DNA of 37,125 nucleotides. Origin: Bigelowiella natans CCMP2755 (lineage: Eukaryota > Protista > Cercozoa). Below, in pieces: positions 23,431-37,125 of the stretch. A model generated the notes under the pieces. That model was not told the DNA's origin, did not search any database, and saw only the letters and a program-made list of their open reading frames with translations. The stretch spans positions 1-37,125 of the forward strand of contig ADNK01001090.1 of assembly GCA_000320545.1 (NCBI GenBank), read 5' to 3'. Every line of letters starts with the position of its first letter. Position 1 is the first letter of the stretch. The position numbers and the translations under genes are program-made.

Positions 23431-24101
23431 TCACTGCAACAACTTCTTCCTATCGATTGCAAACACGTATTTCTTTAGCGGGAGGGTGATTTTGCTGTTG
23501 ATCGTGCGCTTGTTCTTGCCTTTCTTCTTCTTTTTCTTCTTCCCCTCCTCCGCATCGCTGCTTCCGCCTTTGTCACCCCCTCCCCCTTGCGACTGGATGA
23601 GGTCCTCAGGTATCTTGTTCACGAACGAAACCTTAAACTTGCCCGTCTGCCCGAAGCTGGAGGAAATTGTACCTTCCAGCCCACTGTCCAGGCGAACCTT
23701 TAATCCCATGAATTGCTCCATATTCGTCTCTTTGGAGAACAAACCTTTGCCGATGATGGTATAGTCGTCCTGCAGCCTCTCTACGCTCCCCACTCGCTGC
23801 CGAAGCTTGTAAATCTGTGCATCGCCAACATCAGTCGTTTTCAGGGGAGGGGAACAGGATGATTTGCTTCCACGACTTCTTCTACCACGACAGTACAGCG
23901 AGCACTTATATAGCTGCTATAGGCCCTTGCGTGGGCAGATTACCTTGAGTTTTTCAAGGGTCTCAGGATCGTACTTGAGGGATGTTAGCAGCTTACCGCT
24001 AAATGCAATTCTGCACAACTTTATAAACATACGCATCGATTGTAGATGAAGGAGGGATAGGTAATATTGCGCGCATAGATATGCACTACACTCACACGCA
24101 C

Positions 24102-24144
<43 letters not shown>

Positions 24145-25033
24145 ATTATGTATGATTATTATATGCTACCTTGGCATCCGTGCTGACATCTAGTTTGGAT
24201 CCAATCACCATGCTATCTGGGGGACAGGTTACCGGCTTCTCGAACCTTTGTTATTGGTGCCGTCATCGTCATGAGATGTGGTGGGTCATGCTGCTGTTCA
24301 CAGGGAAGAGTCGTCGCCGAAACTCACATGCATAAATACGTGGAAGAAATGACACATAAATATCTGCAAAGCACTCAGGGAAGATCGAGGGCATCCTGTC
24401 AACATCGCGCATCATGACTACCATCAACCATCATTATCATCATCATTTTCGTTGTTGTGGATGTTGTTGTTGCTGCTGCTGCTACTTGAGAAGAGCAAAC
24501 TGTGTTCCAGGAGGATGGTCCTTGCTATCGGGGATGAGGCGGCTATGCCACGCGTAGTCGCTGTCCATATTGAACTCACTCGGATACTCCGTCCCCTGGT
24601 ATTGCTTTGGTACCTTCACGGTGCACAAAAGAAAGAGAGGAGAGAGGGGCAGGGGAAAGGAGTAGGAAGGAGAGAAGAATATATGGACTTGCCAATCATA
24701 ACAACCCGCAATCGCCGTCACCATCACTATGTAGATACATGCACGTTTTCATTGAGAGAGCAGCTTGTACTTGGAATTCGCAAATTGTTAGTGTGGCATT
24801 TGTGATATTAGCTGTTTTCAGCATCACCAATGCCCACTCCCAATATCATTAAATTCATACCTTGCCCTTCTTTTTTTTCTTTTTGTTTTTCTTCGCATCC
24901 TGATCGTCCTCCTCTCTGTCCTGTGGTAATATGGGGGATGGTGGTGGCATTAGGAAGAAGTAGGCGGTTATGACGTGGAGCAACCAATAGCACGTACGTG
25001 TGAACATATTAACTCATGATGCATGCATGTCGC

Positions 25034-25070
<37 letters not shown>

Positions 25071-25847
25071 GATCGAAAACAACGCTTATTCGCTCGGTCA
25101 CGGCAATATGTAGAGAGACAAAACGATGGCTACATATTGTCAGATTGGCAATCACGCACAGCGTCTACCTTTCCCCCTCCTGATTGTCCCCTCCCCCCCT
25201 TCTCCGCCTCCACATTTTTGCCAAAGAAAAGAGCCGACGCCTGCGATGCGCGGACATAAAATTGACCTTCATCGGACTATTAATGTACTTTGACATGTGC
25301 GTGTGATGAAAGACAGCACTGATAGTGGCAGTAGTAGTAACTACTAAGGAAAAAGGATGAACGCATTGCCGAAGTCGCTGTCGTCGTCATCGTCATTTAT
25401 TACCATGACCGTTGCGTGACCGATCGTACAATGGAACTTAGAGTCACTTTTGACGTCCCCTTTGAAAAAGCGCACCTAATAACGAAGAGAAGGGGGTGGA
25501 GGGACGAGGAGGCGGAAGCTGCTGAGTGCGGCTAGGTGGGTTCTTCTTACAGGGTGAGGGGACTAGATTCGGGCCATAAAGGAAGGCTTTAAAGGCATTG
25601 TGATCGATGATCACTATCATAGTCATCATCATTAACATCGTAGTTATGACTACTACCACTGCACCACCACCTCGAAGCTTGATGGAGGCAGGCTCTACAC
25701 CACTACCAGCACTAGTAGTAGTAGTACTACCTACTACCTTATTTACACAGGCGACCGCTGCTTGGATGGTTGGGATGACCTTCGGCGAACAGGCAACTCC
25801 TGCCGAAACGTAGCACGGAATACTTCAAACATCCACACAAATCTTAA

Positions 25848-25914
<67 letters not shown>

Positions 25915-27115
25915 GTGTATGAAATATATTCTATTTATGGTAGTGCTGCCAATTCCATATATTGCTGCTGCTGTTATTATTCTCAGCTGCTCTTTGTTTT
26001 ACCACGCTCAAGCTGCGAGGCGTCCAGGCTCGTGACACAGATCCCGACACGGTCTCCCTGCGACGCCTTCTTCACTGGCTTACGGAACATCTGCATCGAT
26101 TTTACCTGCACAACAATAGCACGTAAGAACCAACAACAACAACAACAATAATAACAACAACAATGCCGATTGGATTGATTGTGTTGTCCACCAAAATCAT
26201 GGGGTTCATCAGTGCCATTTACCATACAGCTCCTTCTATCCTATTATTCACAGTATTATGCCGGGTTGCAACTAGTTTTACATCGACATTGTTATCATTG
26301 CGACTATAATTAATCTATTTGCTCATATTGCTCTCCTCCTCTTCGTCCTTCTACCTTCCTCTCGATCCCAAGGCCTGTAATCTCTATGAGATCATTGACA
26401 TGTACTGTGCCTTCCAACACCGTCCCCGTCATCACCGTACCCTGCCCTTTTATCTGAAAGCAATGGTCGATAGCGAAGCGGAAATTGCCCCGAGTCACTC
26501 GCTGCGGCACCTGGGTGGTAGGAGGACGCATTATAATAATAACATGAAGCTAATAATGATTCTTCTTCTTCTTCTTGTTCTTGTTCTTCTTGAGCTCCAA
26601 ATGACGGTTTAACCTGAAGTGTGTTCACAAGCGTCTTTACGAGCAGAGAGATGTCCACCGTGTCGTCATTCGCCGACTTCTTCGGGCCTTCTTTATGCAG
26701 GAGGCCACCCCCTGGGGCAGCCACTGTTGTGATCATTGGAATGTCTTTGCCGAACTGAAAGATATGAAAGGAGGAGAGAGAAGGAGAGAGGAGGAGGAGG
26801 AGGAGGAGGAGGAGGAGGGCGTGAGAAAGAATTAGGTGAAATCGCATAGTAAGCGGACAACTACTGCTACTGCTGGAATGTATGTGACACAGCAGCAGCA
26901 GCAGCAGCAGCCCACCACCACCACTACTACCACCTTTGTCCTCTTGAATACAGCCTGCAATTTCTTTTTTTGCTTTGCAATTTTCTCCTGACGCTTATCT
27001 TTGGGGATGAGGTCCACCTTGTTCAGAGCGACGATCATGCGCTCACTGATCAGACGAAAGAAGAAAAGCAAGGGAGGGGAGAAATCAAACCACCAGACGT
27101 ACATATCCTCAATTT

Positions 27116-27147
<32 letters not shown>

Positions 27148-28290
27148 TGTGTATGCGTGTGGGTACGTGCGTAGCTCTATATTTACCCAATTGCTGATTC
27201 TCTTCTCTAGAGTCTTCTTCTTTCTTTCTTAGTAGGTGAGTGGTAGTTTGTCGTTACCTCAGGATTTCGCCAATGACGAGGCACTCAGCTGTCTGCGTCT
27301 GAATGCCCTTGTTTATGTCGATAACCAGGATCATCAGGTCAATTATTGCCGCCCCTATTATCAATTCAAAGCCGCACGTGGGGGTTAGCGTAACAATAAC
27401 ATTTGAGGAGCTGCTATGATGACAATCAAACAGTAATGATGCCAACGTTTCATGCAGGTAGTACTACAGCAACGCAGGTGCTCTGAGTTGTGCAAGCCAT
27501 AGCTACCAATAGTAATACCGCCAATGACTGTCTTTATGAGGCTGGCGTGGCCAGGGCAATCGACAAGGGTGAATTGGATCTTGTCGTAGCCCTCAAAATC
27601 CTTCTGCCTGTGCTCTGGAATATCGATTTGAAAGTTGGAGAATCCCAAGTCCAAGGTGATCCCGCGCTTGCGGCTGTAGTAGGTTATCATTCAGCTTCTC
27701 AGGTGATCAATCGTATAGATTCTTGACAGGTGACAAAGTTCATCACGGAAGAGGATGGTGACGACGATGATAATCAAGTTATGTTGGGGGGAGATAGCAT
27801 ATGCATTCCACGTATACACGCACACACACACACACGCACATATACATGACATATTTGTAGACACAAAGGCATCGCAGTGGGTAAAAGAAGGCCATTTGAA
27901 TGCAATGTCTTCAATAAGAAAGGTTAATTCTCGACTACTACTACTACTCCTACTACTACAACTGCGAAATAGTGATCATCGATGAAAGCACGGATGATAT
28001 CTTTGGACTCCCAACGATATATTCGAAGTTCCACCGATCACGATTGTTAACTATCCTAGATTCGTGAAGGCTTCGAGGCGCTAGCAGAAACCATCTTACC
28101 TCTCTGGATGCTTATCGAGAGCTGCGGTGGAGAGCGTGGTGCTGAGTGCTTTCACCAGGCTAGTTTTCCCGCTATCAACATGACCCAATACGCCTATGTT
28201 GACATTGAGCAGCTTTTTAGAGGTGGCCGTGGAAGCCCCCTCACCACCCGCTTCTCCGCTGCCTCCGTCCTTCTTCGCCTCCGGGTCCAT
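23431..28290 (-). CDS. EEFSEC: Selenocysteine-specific translation elongation factor (eEFSec/SelB), multi-exon
   Basis: NVNIGVLGHVDSGKTSLVKALS...AALDKHPES, RGITLDLGFS, QFTLVDCPGHASLIKTVIGGAAIID, KGIQTQTAECLVIGEI, LNKVD, FAIDHCFQIKGQGTVMTGT, KSMQMFRKPV...GDRVGICV, FHCTIGHATVM, VIGSKLD, CRIAFSG, GTISSSFGQTGKFKV. Exons join via GT-AG introns. Confidence 0.97.
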
Positions 28291-29023
28291 GGCTTCGCTT
28301 CCAACAGACAGCTTGTGGGACTCGGCCTCTGTCCTCCTCCGGAAACACGAAGGGATGAGTTCCGTTTTTGCATCTGCGACAACGAAAATAAAGCTTGTTG
28401 GCTTGTCGCAGTTTACATACTTGCACGGCCCTGCGGCTGCCTGCATCCAGGCATGAAAATATGCTAGGAATATCGTATAGTGGGACGTCGCCTTTCGCTG
28501 CTGTCGTCGTACCGAGTTCGGCGGTCGCTAAAGTGTAGCTTCCACATAGCCCAGGATATTTATGGCTTGATAAATAGTCTAAATATATCGATCTCATTTA
28601 CTAGAACCCAGCAAGCATGTCGGAACAAAGCATACCTGCTGGCTCTCGGGATTGATTCCTCCCCCACAGGTTCCGAACATTTATGTTTATCCCTGCAGTT
28701 CTCTCTCCTTCCTTCCTGGCTGCTGCTGCCACATTTGCTCCTGTACGAAAGGTGTCTGCACAGTAGCAGACGAGTGCCGTCTCGACGGCTGGTAATGAGG
28801 AGAATGGCTCTCGGTACGACTCGCGACCGCTGCCAACAGACGACGTTGTTCGGGTTCTGGTCGACGATATTTCTTATGGTATCTCAAATGAAGTCAATTC
28901 TCTAACTCCTGCAATATCATGCAAATGATATGGTGTTATGATCTGCTGTAGGTCGCTACCAACGACCAATATTCTTCCCACACAAGTTGGGCATCGTCTT
29001 GCAGCAGGGAGGGGGCAAAGGGA

Positions 29024-29913
29024 TTGCGATGGATGGCAGCTTGGAAACCCGCAAGACACTCGTCTGTTAGCAAGCGCCGAAACAAGAATGTAGAGCAACA
29101 CCGACAGCAGCAGCTAGGACGGATATATCACGTACTCACAAGCGATGGGCTGCTCCGTCTCCGTGCTGGTTGTAGCTCGAATAGCGAAAGAATAGTCTCG
29201 ACAAAGCACAAGATATCAACTACTAATACATCGACAACACCGGGTATAAGTGAGCAGCATAAACCGGCTAGTCAGAGAAAGCGTCGGCGCGTTTTAGAAG
29301 GTGCTACAGGAGAAAGGAGAGGCGTTAAGGGCATGGAACCTGATAACGACGACAGCGTCTCTTCCAAGGGAACGAAGGAAGGCGAAAAGCAATGGTCCTT
29401 TGGCCAGAGGCACTCCTTTTCGAATGGAACCGATGATGTGGCCGAAGAATCGGTATTATTATCGAGTCATTTTTAGAAAACGATGATCGTGGTTGGAAGT
29501 GGGACACAGAACTTCTACTACATGAATGGGGTTTGCTAGTCAGTGATCACCACACACCAGGATGATGATGGAAACAGAACATTTTTTCGTATATCCTGCT
29601 TTACCATGATGTCCACTTGCCGCTTCCTTTTCCATTCCCCGTTTCACTCCGTCTTATCAACCTAATTGCCTTTTGTATATCGTTTTGCTGACAGCAGCAG
29701 CAGCAGCTAATCTTGGGCGGAGTCGATTACTCGAAATTCGATCATGCGTACACTGACGACCTAGCTATGGATCCTGATGATCACGATGAAAGAATTCGTC
29801 AGTATCAGTTTAGAGCGAAGATGGGTCGTCCGATCTATACAACTTCTGAAGAGAAGTCACCTCCAGGTAGGCAAACTACTTCGTCCTTCCCCTCTGCAAC
29901 CCCCCCCCCCCCC

Positions 29914-29955
<42 letters not shown>

Positions 29956-30400
29956 TCCCATCAATCTCGCTCTGCGTGTGTGTGTGTGCGTGTGCGCGCG
30001 CGCGCGCATGTGTGTGTCCTGGCATCAATCCAGCAAAATCATCTAGCTTATTCTTTCAGCTGAAATCGCCGCTGCTGCTGCGCAAGGTGGTGATCTCCCT
30101 CCTGAGCTGGAAGAAGATATCAAGAATGCCAGAAGTTACGGGGAACAGGAGAATGAGGAGCCAAGGAGCACTTTGAGCAAAGATAAGATACCGAAGCTTA
30201 CAAATGCAGGAATAGAAAAGTGAGTCAATCAATCCTCTTGACATGACGTATGCCGATTGGCATGATCACTACGACGACGACGACGACGACGACGATGCTG
30301 TAACACAAATAAACAGCTGTTACTTCTCCAAAACGCAACTTGCGCCATGCTTGCTAAGAACGAATTGAAACAACAATGGGTTCTCTCCCGTGGTGCGTCT
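29024..30400 (+). CDS. Probable multi-exon gene of unknown function, divergent from EEFSEC
   Basis: Coding-like exons (…GLLRLRAGCSS…; GGVDYSKFDHAYTDDLAMDPDDHDERIRQYQFRAKMGRPIY…PP|AEIAAAAAQGGDLPPELEEDIKNARSY) joined by a GT-AG intron at ~29868-30059. Ends unresolved. Confidence 0.45.
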
Positions 30401-30930
30401 CATATCATAGGCTGCGAAAAAAGATGAGAAGTCAAGCTACTCAAATGCACAGCTCCGACCCTGAGTACCCGTTCAAAGACATGGAGACCTACACGTCCCC
30501 AGCCAGCTGCAACTCTACCGTACCAATCATAAGCAACATACGCATAGATATTAATCTCTACTTTTCCTCATATACTAATACATTTTGTCGTTGTTATATT
30601 ACTTGTTGGTGGACAAAAGGGGCGCTACATCGTCGGCAAGGACGGGCGTCTTCCGAAAGAACTTATTGAGAGAATAACGGTATTATTGTACCGAGCGAGA
30701 GAGAGCAGCCCTAACCCATCTACCATGACATCATCGAGACTCATTGCAGCAAAACACAGAATCCATGCTCGAGGGGCTCCGACGGCGAGCAAGGGGAAAG
30801 AGTAGGGAACGACCCAAGGAGGGGGAGGATGGAATATGACGAAAATGGGGTCAGTTTTGCAGAGATAGGAGAGTGCTGCCATTGGGTGGTGTGTAGTCTG
30901 GCATATAGCAACAAGGCTTTGATGATAACA

Positions 30931-30968
<38 letters not shown>

Positions 30969-31082
30969 TTCCTCCGCTTCCTTCTTCCTTTGCTTATAGT
31001 AGTACATGCTTCCAATGTTTAGCGTAATCAACATGATCTCGCTGTGCTGCTGCTTTTGGCTTATTTATCCTGTCCGCACACG

Positions 31083-31124
<42 letters not shown>

Positions 31125-32408
31125 CCCTTTGGTCGTTTGGTCGGTCGGTCTTCAAAGATCGTATTTTCCTCCGTTTCAACGAACTCGGAGATCATGGGAT
31201 TGGAGCAGGAAATTCTGTAACGAAAGAGATTATTATTTGTAGGAAGAAGGAAGAAGATGAGGAGGGAGATAAGGAGAGTGTGAGCGGGCGGCGGTTGAGT
31301 CGAACGACTAATCATCATTATCACTATTATTTTTGTTTGAGTGTTTTCTTCGAACCAATCGTGGCAGTATCATGGTGACCTCAAGCATCCATTGATATCA
31401 GGCAAATAGCAAAGAATAGCAACGAGACGATTCTTTCACGGTCTTCGCGTGTCCTTATATGCGTGTGTGTATATATACAGCGACCACCTTTATTGAGTCA
31501 ATACTTACATATTTTTCTTCTGTGACTACATCTCTTTATCGTCGTCATCATAATCCACCGCACGGAGCTCCTTCTGGTTGCATCTGATCTAATCATTGCG
31601 TCTCTTCCTCTCTTCCGCTCACTCAGTACACCAACAAGCGAGTGCGACCACAGCGAGGACGATGAGGAGGAGGAGGAGGAGGAAGATGGGGATAATTGCA
31701 AGGAAGAAGAGAACTGCGACTATCAGCAAGGAGAAGGCCAACCATATTCAATGAGGGTCCTCCAACATACCTCACGACTTCCCGTATTCCCTTTTCCTCT
31801 TTAGTGCTTTTCGCTGATGAAACACACCAACCACCCTTTTAATGGATATTCCAGCATCAAGAAAAGGCTGTGATGTGGTTCCTTTTTGCCACGCGCTGTC
31901 ACTCTGCGAATGCACCTTTCATCGTAATTCGTTTCCTGCCATCCGTGCGTCCACTCCCTCCCCCCCCCTCTCTCCCTCTCCCCAAATCTCTTCCCTTGTT
32001 CAGGGGGGGGATCACACGAGTGGCGTGCCATACGACTTGCTACTGAAGGAAGGGTTAAATGCTACGACGAAAAAGAATACGACGTATAGTGCTGCCTACC
32101 AACCTGCGATTAGGATGATGATGATGATGATGATGCTGATGATAGTGATGATGATAATGGTGGTGGTGATAGTAGTAGTGGTCAAATGGAAGATTTGATG
32201 ACGCTTTCCTCCCCATGTTTTATGAGTTGCTGGGGCTATGATCTTCGCAACCTCCGACTAATTTCTCACCACCTCTCTCCTTAAATGATTAGCACACTGG
32301 CTGGGGACTACGACCAATTCATACAGCAATGCAAAGACGACAACGGTAGTATATAGTACTTGTAGGCTCATTGTGCTCCGCTTAAGAAGTAGCAGTAGCA
32401 GTAGTAGC

Positions 32409-32442
<34 letters not shown>

Positions 32443-33989
32443 AGGGGGCATTCGCTCGCATTCTACTAGAGAGTCGCAAACTTCAATCTTCGCGAATACG
32501 ACGAAGTTGTAGATCATCGTCCGCAGCATCAGCATCAGCATCATATAAGCGGCAGCAGCACTAAGATATCATCACCTTCGTAACTCATCTGCGCCACCAT
32601 GCTCCTTTCCTCTCCTATCTTATAAATCAGTGGAAGAAATCATCATCCCCTCCGAGTACGATGAGGTCGTTGGCTACCGTCAATATAATTTTCATTCCGG
32701 ATTTTTTGTATTCGGGTTTATTACAATAATCCTTGCCGGAGGCTCCGAAAGCAACGATGTTGTAACAAATTTAGGCCTATCGTCGGATTTAGCGCAGTCT
32801 CTGAGAGAAATATTCTCTCTGAGCTCCGCATACATTGCGCTTCATATCTAGCTCATTTAAAATCCCCGCCCTTCTTACCCACTTCCTCAGGAGAGTTGGT
32901 GGAGAGGTCAACCAAAAGGTAAAGGTAGGGGGGGCTCTGATGGCGCCAATAGTGATGAGGATGGCGGTAGTCATGATGACAGAGGAGCGGAGAGAAGTCA
33001 AACTAGCAACAACAACCGCAGGTGTGGTTGGATAAAAGAAAGATAGAAGGGGTTTGGGGGGGGGGAGGTAATATATCTACAACCCTTTCGGACTGAGCTG
33101 TTTCAAACACCCCATTACGATTTCTCGCCATTACCTGCTTCAAGCCCTCTCGTGTGAGCATCAGTAGCATAGCAAAGGTGTAGCATGTCTGCTGAGGTCG
33201 CATCAATATTATTTTATTCTCAGGAAAGATAACCGGCGCGCATTGAAGAAGCCTGGATATGGGCCATTTGCAAAGAGATATCGCTTCCAGTAATGATGAT
33301 TGAAAACGCTACTGTCTAGCTGTGCGCATGCATAATGATGATGTCACGGCCATGCAACGACTGCTCTATAATAAAGTCTTTTCCTCAATATATACCTAGT
33401 GTCTAAATGCTCATGCTTGCTGTGAGATGTGCATGAATGCGCAGGTGTGCTTGCTCTGTTCTCATGCATCTTTCTAGCTGTTGCCATTACTATTGGCATG
33501 TTGAGAACTATCATTTTTTGTGCGCGCTATGTAAATCGTAATAATTTTTTTCGCAGAAAAACTGGCTGTACTTATTTTAAGAACTAGCTACATGCTCTCA
33601 TACGATTTGTGCAATAAACAGTTCCACACATGTGGCACAATCAGAAGGCTATGAATTCCTGTCCTTAGCTCGCTCACTCGCTGCAAATTCAAAGTGCAAT
33701 TTCGACGCGACGTGCGCGTAAGCATGTAGCTGTAATAATGTGATAAATGCAATTATTCGTATGACGTGCATCATAGTGCGATGATAGCTATTGTACCCAA
33801 TGTGAGCTGCTGAGCAAGGGGCCTATCATCATCATCATCATCATCATCATAGGTTAGAGTATGGCTGAGAGAGGCTGCATCGTTAAATAATAATTAAAGG
33901 AGGAAATATAATGGCCTGATGTATGATTCCATCATCGGTCATCATCTGCTTAGTCCTTGGGTTCAGCACCAGCAGCAGCAGGTAGTTCT

Positions 33990-34678
33990 CTACCTCCCAC
34001 CACCGCCCCCCCCGCGGCGATTGGAAGAAGCACTATGCAAGAATTTGTCGAGGGACACCTCCTTTCGCAGGATCCCCTTACTGCCTTCGCGGAACTCTTT
34101 CTTCCTGTGGCCATCCCCACGATTACGTAACGGCGTGAGATTGAGCTCAAGCCCAGCCGAAGATGACGATGACGACCACGACACTTTGCCTGCATTCTGA
34201 TGCCCTTTCCTTCGGTTTGCCCTGGACAATGACGACGACGCAGTAGCATTTGCCGCACGTCTCTCATCCGCCAGTAGCTACAACAACAAACGGGGGGCGG
34301 AGCAATTCGATAACGTCGAGACGACGCACGCAGAGTAGAAAGGAGGTCAGTAGAATGCATGTTTGAATTTCCTACTTGCTTGATTGATTGGGGAGGGGGG
34401 TGGGGATAGGATGGTTTCCACGGATGACTTGACGAATGTGAAAGCTAATGTTGATGTTCTTTTGCTGCTGCTGCTACTGCTACTGCTACTACTATATTAG
34501 CTTCTACACTGTAACGGCTACCCTTCGGAGACGCTTCTTTCGCATCTTTTCCCGGTACTCCCCCGATTGGGCCTTTGTTGCTACACCTTGGGGGGGGGGG
34601 GGGGGAAGGGAGGGAGGGAGGTATTATTGGAGGTGCCGACATGAATCACATGCAATAGTATCTGTGTGCAGTGCACAA

Positions 34679-34717
<39 letters not shown>

Positions 34718-34968
34718 TGCACGCAACAATACCCGACTACAATACCCGACTACAACTACTACTACTACTACTACTACTGGTACTACTACTGGTACTGCTC
34801 TTACTTGCAGCAGAGCCAATACGGTACTTCGAGGTAGCCTAAGACCACAACGACAACGCATGGTTCGTGATATCCTCAATACTACTATCTCCTCCACATC
34901 AGGCTATGGCATCCATGCTGCATTGAAGCAGTGGCAAGATTGTGAGAAACCGAACATACGATGGCGCC

Positions 34969-35039
<71 letters not shown>

Positions 35040-36426
35040 TCACCATCATTATCATTATCAACCAGTACTACTACTACTACTACTACTACCCTAGAGAGCT
35101 CACAAACGTGTGCTCGCATCGTTGTGATAATGTCGAGCTCCTGGAGACGAGTCGCCGTCTCGCGCACGGACATTTCGTGCTCACTCTGCGGGATATATTA
35201 TTTTAAATAATACACATTGTTCATGTTGGTGCGACGATGAGGTATCATTGCACATGTTTTGAAACAAGTAGAACACACAAAAGACAAAACAAGGATCAAG
35301 TCGGCAGCGGGAGGAATAGACACGGCGGCTGGGAGGAGGAGAGGAGGAGAGGACAGAGAGGGCTAGAGATAGCTTGGAAGAAGTAGCAGCTGCAGTTTGT
35401 TGTTAATAGTGAGGTAACGCCTTCCTTCATTACCGTATCTAAAATCTCGCGTATTGGTTGCCTGAAGTCTGCGAGTTCGTTCCTTGGATACTGCACAGAG
35501 GGGGGGGGGGGGGGAGGGGGAATGGAGGGCATGAATAAAGCAAATGATGATGATGATGAGAAAAATGGCGTTAACGATGCTAATGGGCAAGGATAGACCG
35601 ATTGGTTGGCATCCTATTATTTGTTGTTACGATTACTATTACTTTCTTGAAGATTTGCTTCAGGATAACACCCAGTGGCATATCATTATACATCGCCTGG
35701 TGTTAGTTAGGAACAGCATATTCGTCGATGATTGTAACACGATGACGATGACGACGACGTCGATGATGATGATGATGATGATGATAATGGGAATACTGTT
35801 GTGCGTGCTGTCCATCATCTTCTGCGTCTATTATTACGAATGTGCCCCAATGAGCTGAGTTTGATAAACGAATACAACGCGGTAGCAGGAAGCTTTCTCC
35901 CACTTGCTCTTCCCGTACCGTGCGGCTACCGAAGAATATGGTACAATATCGTATAAAAATACCTGGAGGGTGTAGTTCAGCAGCTTTCGAATGGTGACTC
36001 TCATCAGGAAAGACAGGGTTGAGGAGGTGGGGGGAGAGGAGGAGGAGGAGGAGGAAGAGGATGATGGGGGCGACGGCGAGGTAGGAGGATTGCTGCCATC
36101 CCGCTTGTAGCTTATGATCTAGAAGGGAGCGGAAGGAGGAGGGGGGTAGAGGGCAAGGAGAAGACACGCAAAGAAACTAAATTAAGTGAAACGTGCTTCT
36201 TCCAAAGCTATAGTAGTGCACGACTACTACTACAAGTACTACTACTACTACTACGAACATGATGATCATATCGAGCTATTACTGCTACTACTACATCTTC
36301 GAGGAGAAGAGATCCAGTGACGAAATGAATGTTTCAATGAATAATTTACCTTGTCTAGTAGAGAGAACCAAAGGACACGATTGTCCACAGTATTACTGCA
36401 CCTGGTGGTCATCATAACCATCATCG

Positions 36427-36457
<31 letters not shown>

Positions 36458-36810
36458 TCATAATCGTTGTCCTCCTCATCATACACTCACTCATACACAA
36501 TCGTCAATCGTGAGATCAGTGAATTAATACTACCGAGAGCAACCGAGTTTGATCGTGGAGATAATCTTACGACAGAAGAAGAAGAGAGGCGAGGGCAGGG
36601 TAATATTAATAAAAATATTAACAAGAAGAAGACAAACACTAAATGCAACGCACACACAACAACCCACAGATTCTTAGCTACACAGTAGGGATAGAAGGAG
36701 GAGGAGGGGGAGGAGGAGCGGGAGGGGGGGGGGGGGGAGACATCAACAAATTAAACAACGCAAGCACCTTTTTATACTCTGGAAGCGATCTCGGGTCAAA
36801 TCTACGCTTA
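33990..36810 (-). CDS. C-terminal exons of a Vps8-like (CORVET subunit) protein; 5' part probably outside the window
   Basis: Spliced read CSNTVDNRVLWFSLLDK|IISYKR...RVTIRKLLNYTLQ|AMYNDMPLGVILKQIFKK|YPRNELADFRQPIREILDT|SEHEMSVRETATRLQELDIITTMRAHVCELSR follows the Vps8 C-terminal pattern as I recall it (LWF.LL ... M...L..IL..I ... L.E...I..ML.T..YE..L.ET...L...D). No clear RING found. Confidence 0.65.
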
Positions 36811-36888
36811 TTTACGTTCAAAAATGCCTACCATCGCACGGGGGAAAAAAGACAAGTTGATCGAAATGAGATTATCTTGTTCTCTCAT

Positions 36889-36930
<42 letters not shown>

Positions 36931-37125
36931 GGGGGGGGGGTGTGTGTGTGTGTGTTCTCTTCCTCCGCGTTACACACGCGGATATGTGAAATCGAGGGGT
37001 TACACTTTTTTTAAAAAAAGCCTCAATCACATGTTAAAAAACACACCAAAACACCCACGCTCGCCAACTGCTGCACTGGTGCGCAGGTATTAGTGGAGTG
37101 TAATGATAACAGTTGCCGAGTGACA

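Noticed and set aside
25851-25913. Compound (TA)n(TG)n intronic microsatellites as products of TA conversion
   Set aside because: Blocks are pure and contiguous, as expected from slippage, unlike the scrambled array at 14205-14256.
30200-30400. In-frame TGA codons near EEFSEC as possible selenocysteine
   Set aside because: Depends on an uncertain splice phase; no redox motif or SECIS seen.
30600-33300. Possible signal-peptide gene on the - strand (MSLQVLYTTVVVFALLYELVVVPSQC) and nearby fragments
   Set aside because: Stops in all plausible continuations and no recognisable domain; left unannotated.
1-37125. Many 60-150 aa ORFs with YIYIYI, THTHTH, ERERER, poly-M/L/S runs
   Set aside because: Translations of intronic microsatellites or antisense shadows of real exons.

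Overview
Intron-rich nuclear DNA from a microbial eukaryote (GT-AG introns stuffed with (TA)n, (CA)n, (GA)n and trinucleotide microsatellites; most short ORFs in the track are microsatellite artefacts). Recognisable genes: a large signal-peptide / BPI-TULIP-like / tandem PqiA-like membrane protein (-, runs off the left end), a hAT transposase with BED finger and a single frameshift (-), a secreted protein with a VHL-beta-like domain (-), a CAMK-type kinase (-), a TRM11-like methyltransferase (+), selenocysteine elongation factor EEFSEC (-) and the C-terminal exons of a Vps8-like gene (-). The most striking signal is not a gene. Several 0.4-1.3 kb patches (8175-9466, 13801-14256, 16875-18029, weaker at 22835-23185 and 33310-33490) have almost no TpA dinucleotides and excess CpA/TpG, while CpG remains. 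Surviving TAs are mostly in CTAG or CTA/TAG contexts, and local repeat copies differ by reciprocal CA/TG swaps. This is consistent with a targeted TpA->TpG/CpA (A-to-G) hypermutation process, a 'reverse RIP', acting on transposon and intergenic DNA. All family assignments are by motif recognition and all counts were made by eye.
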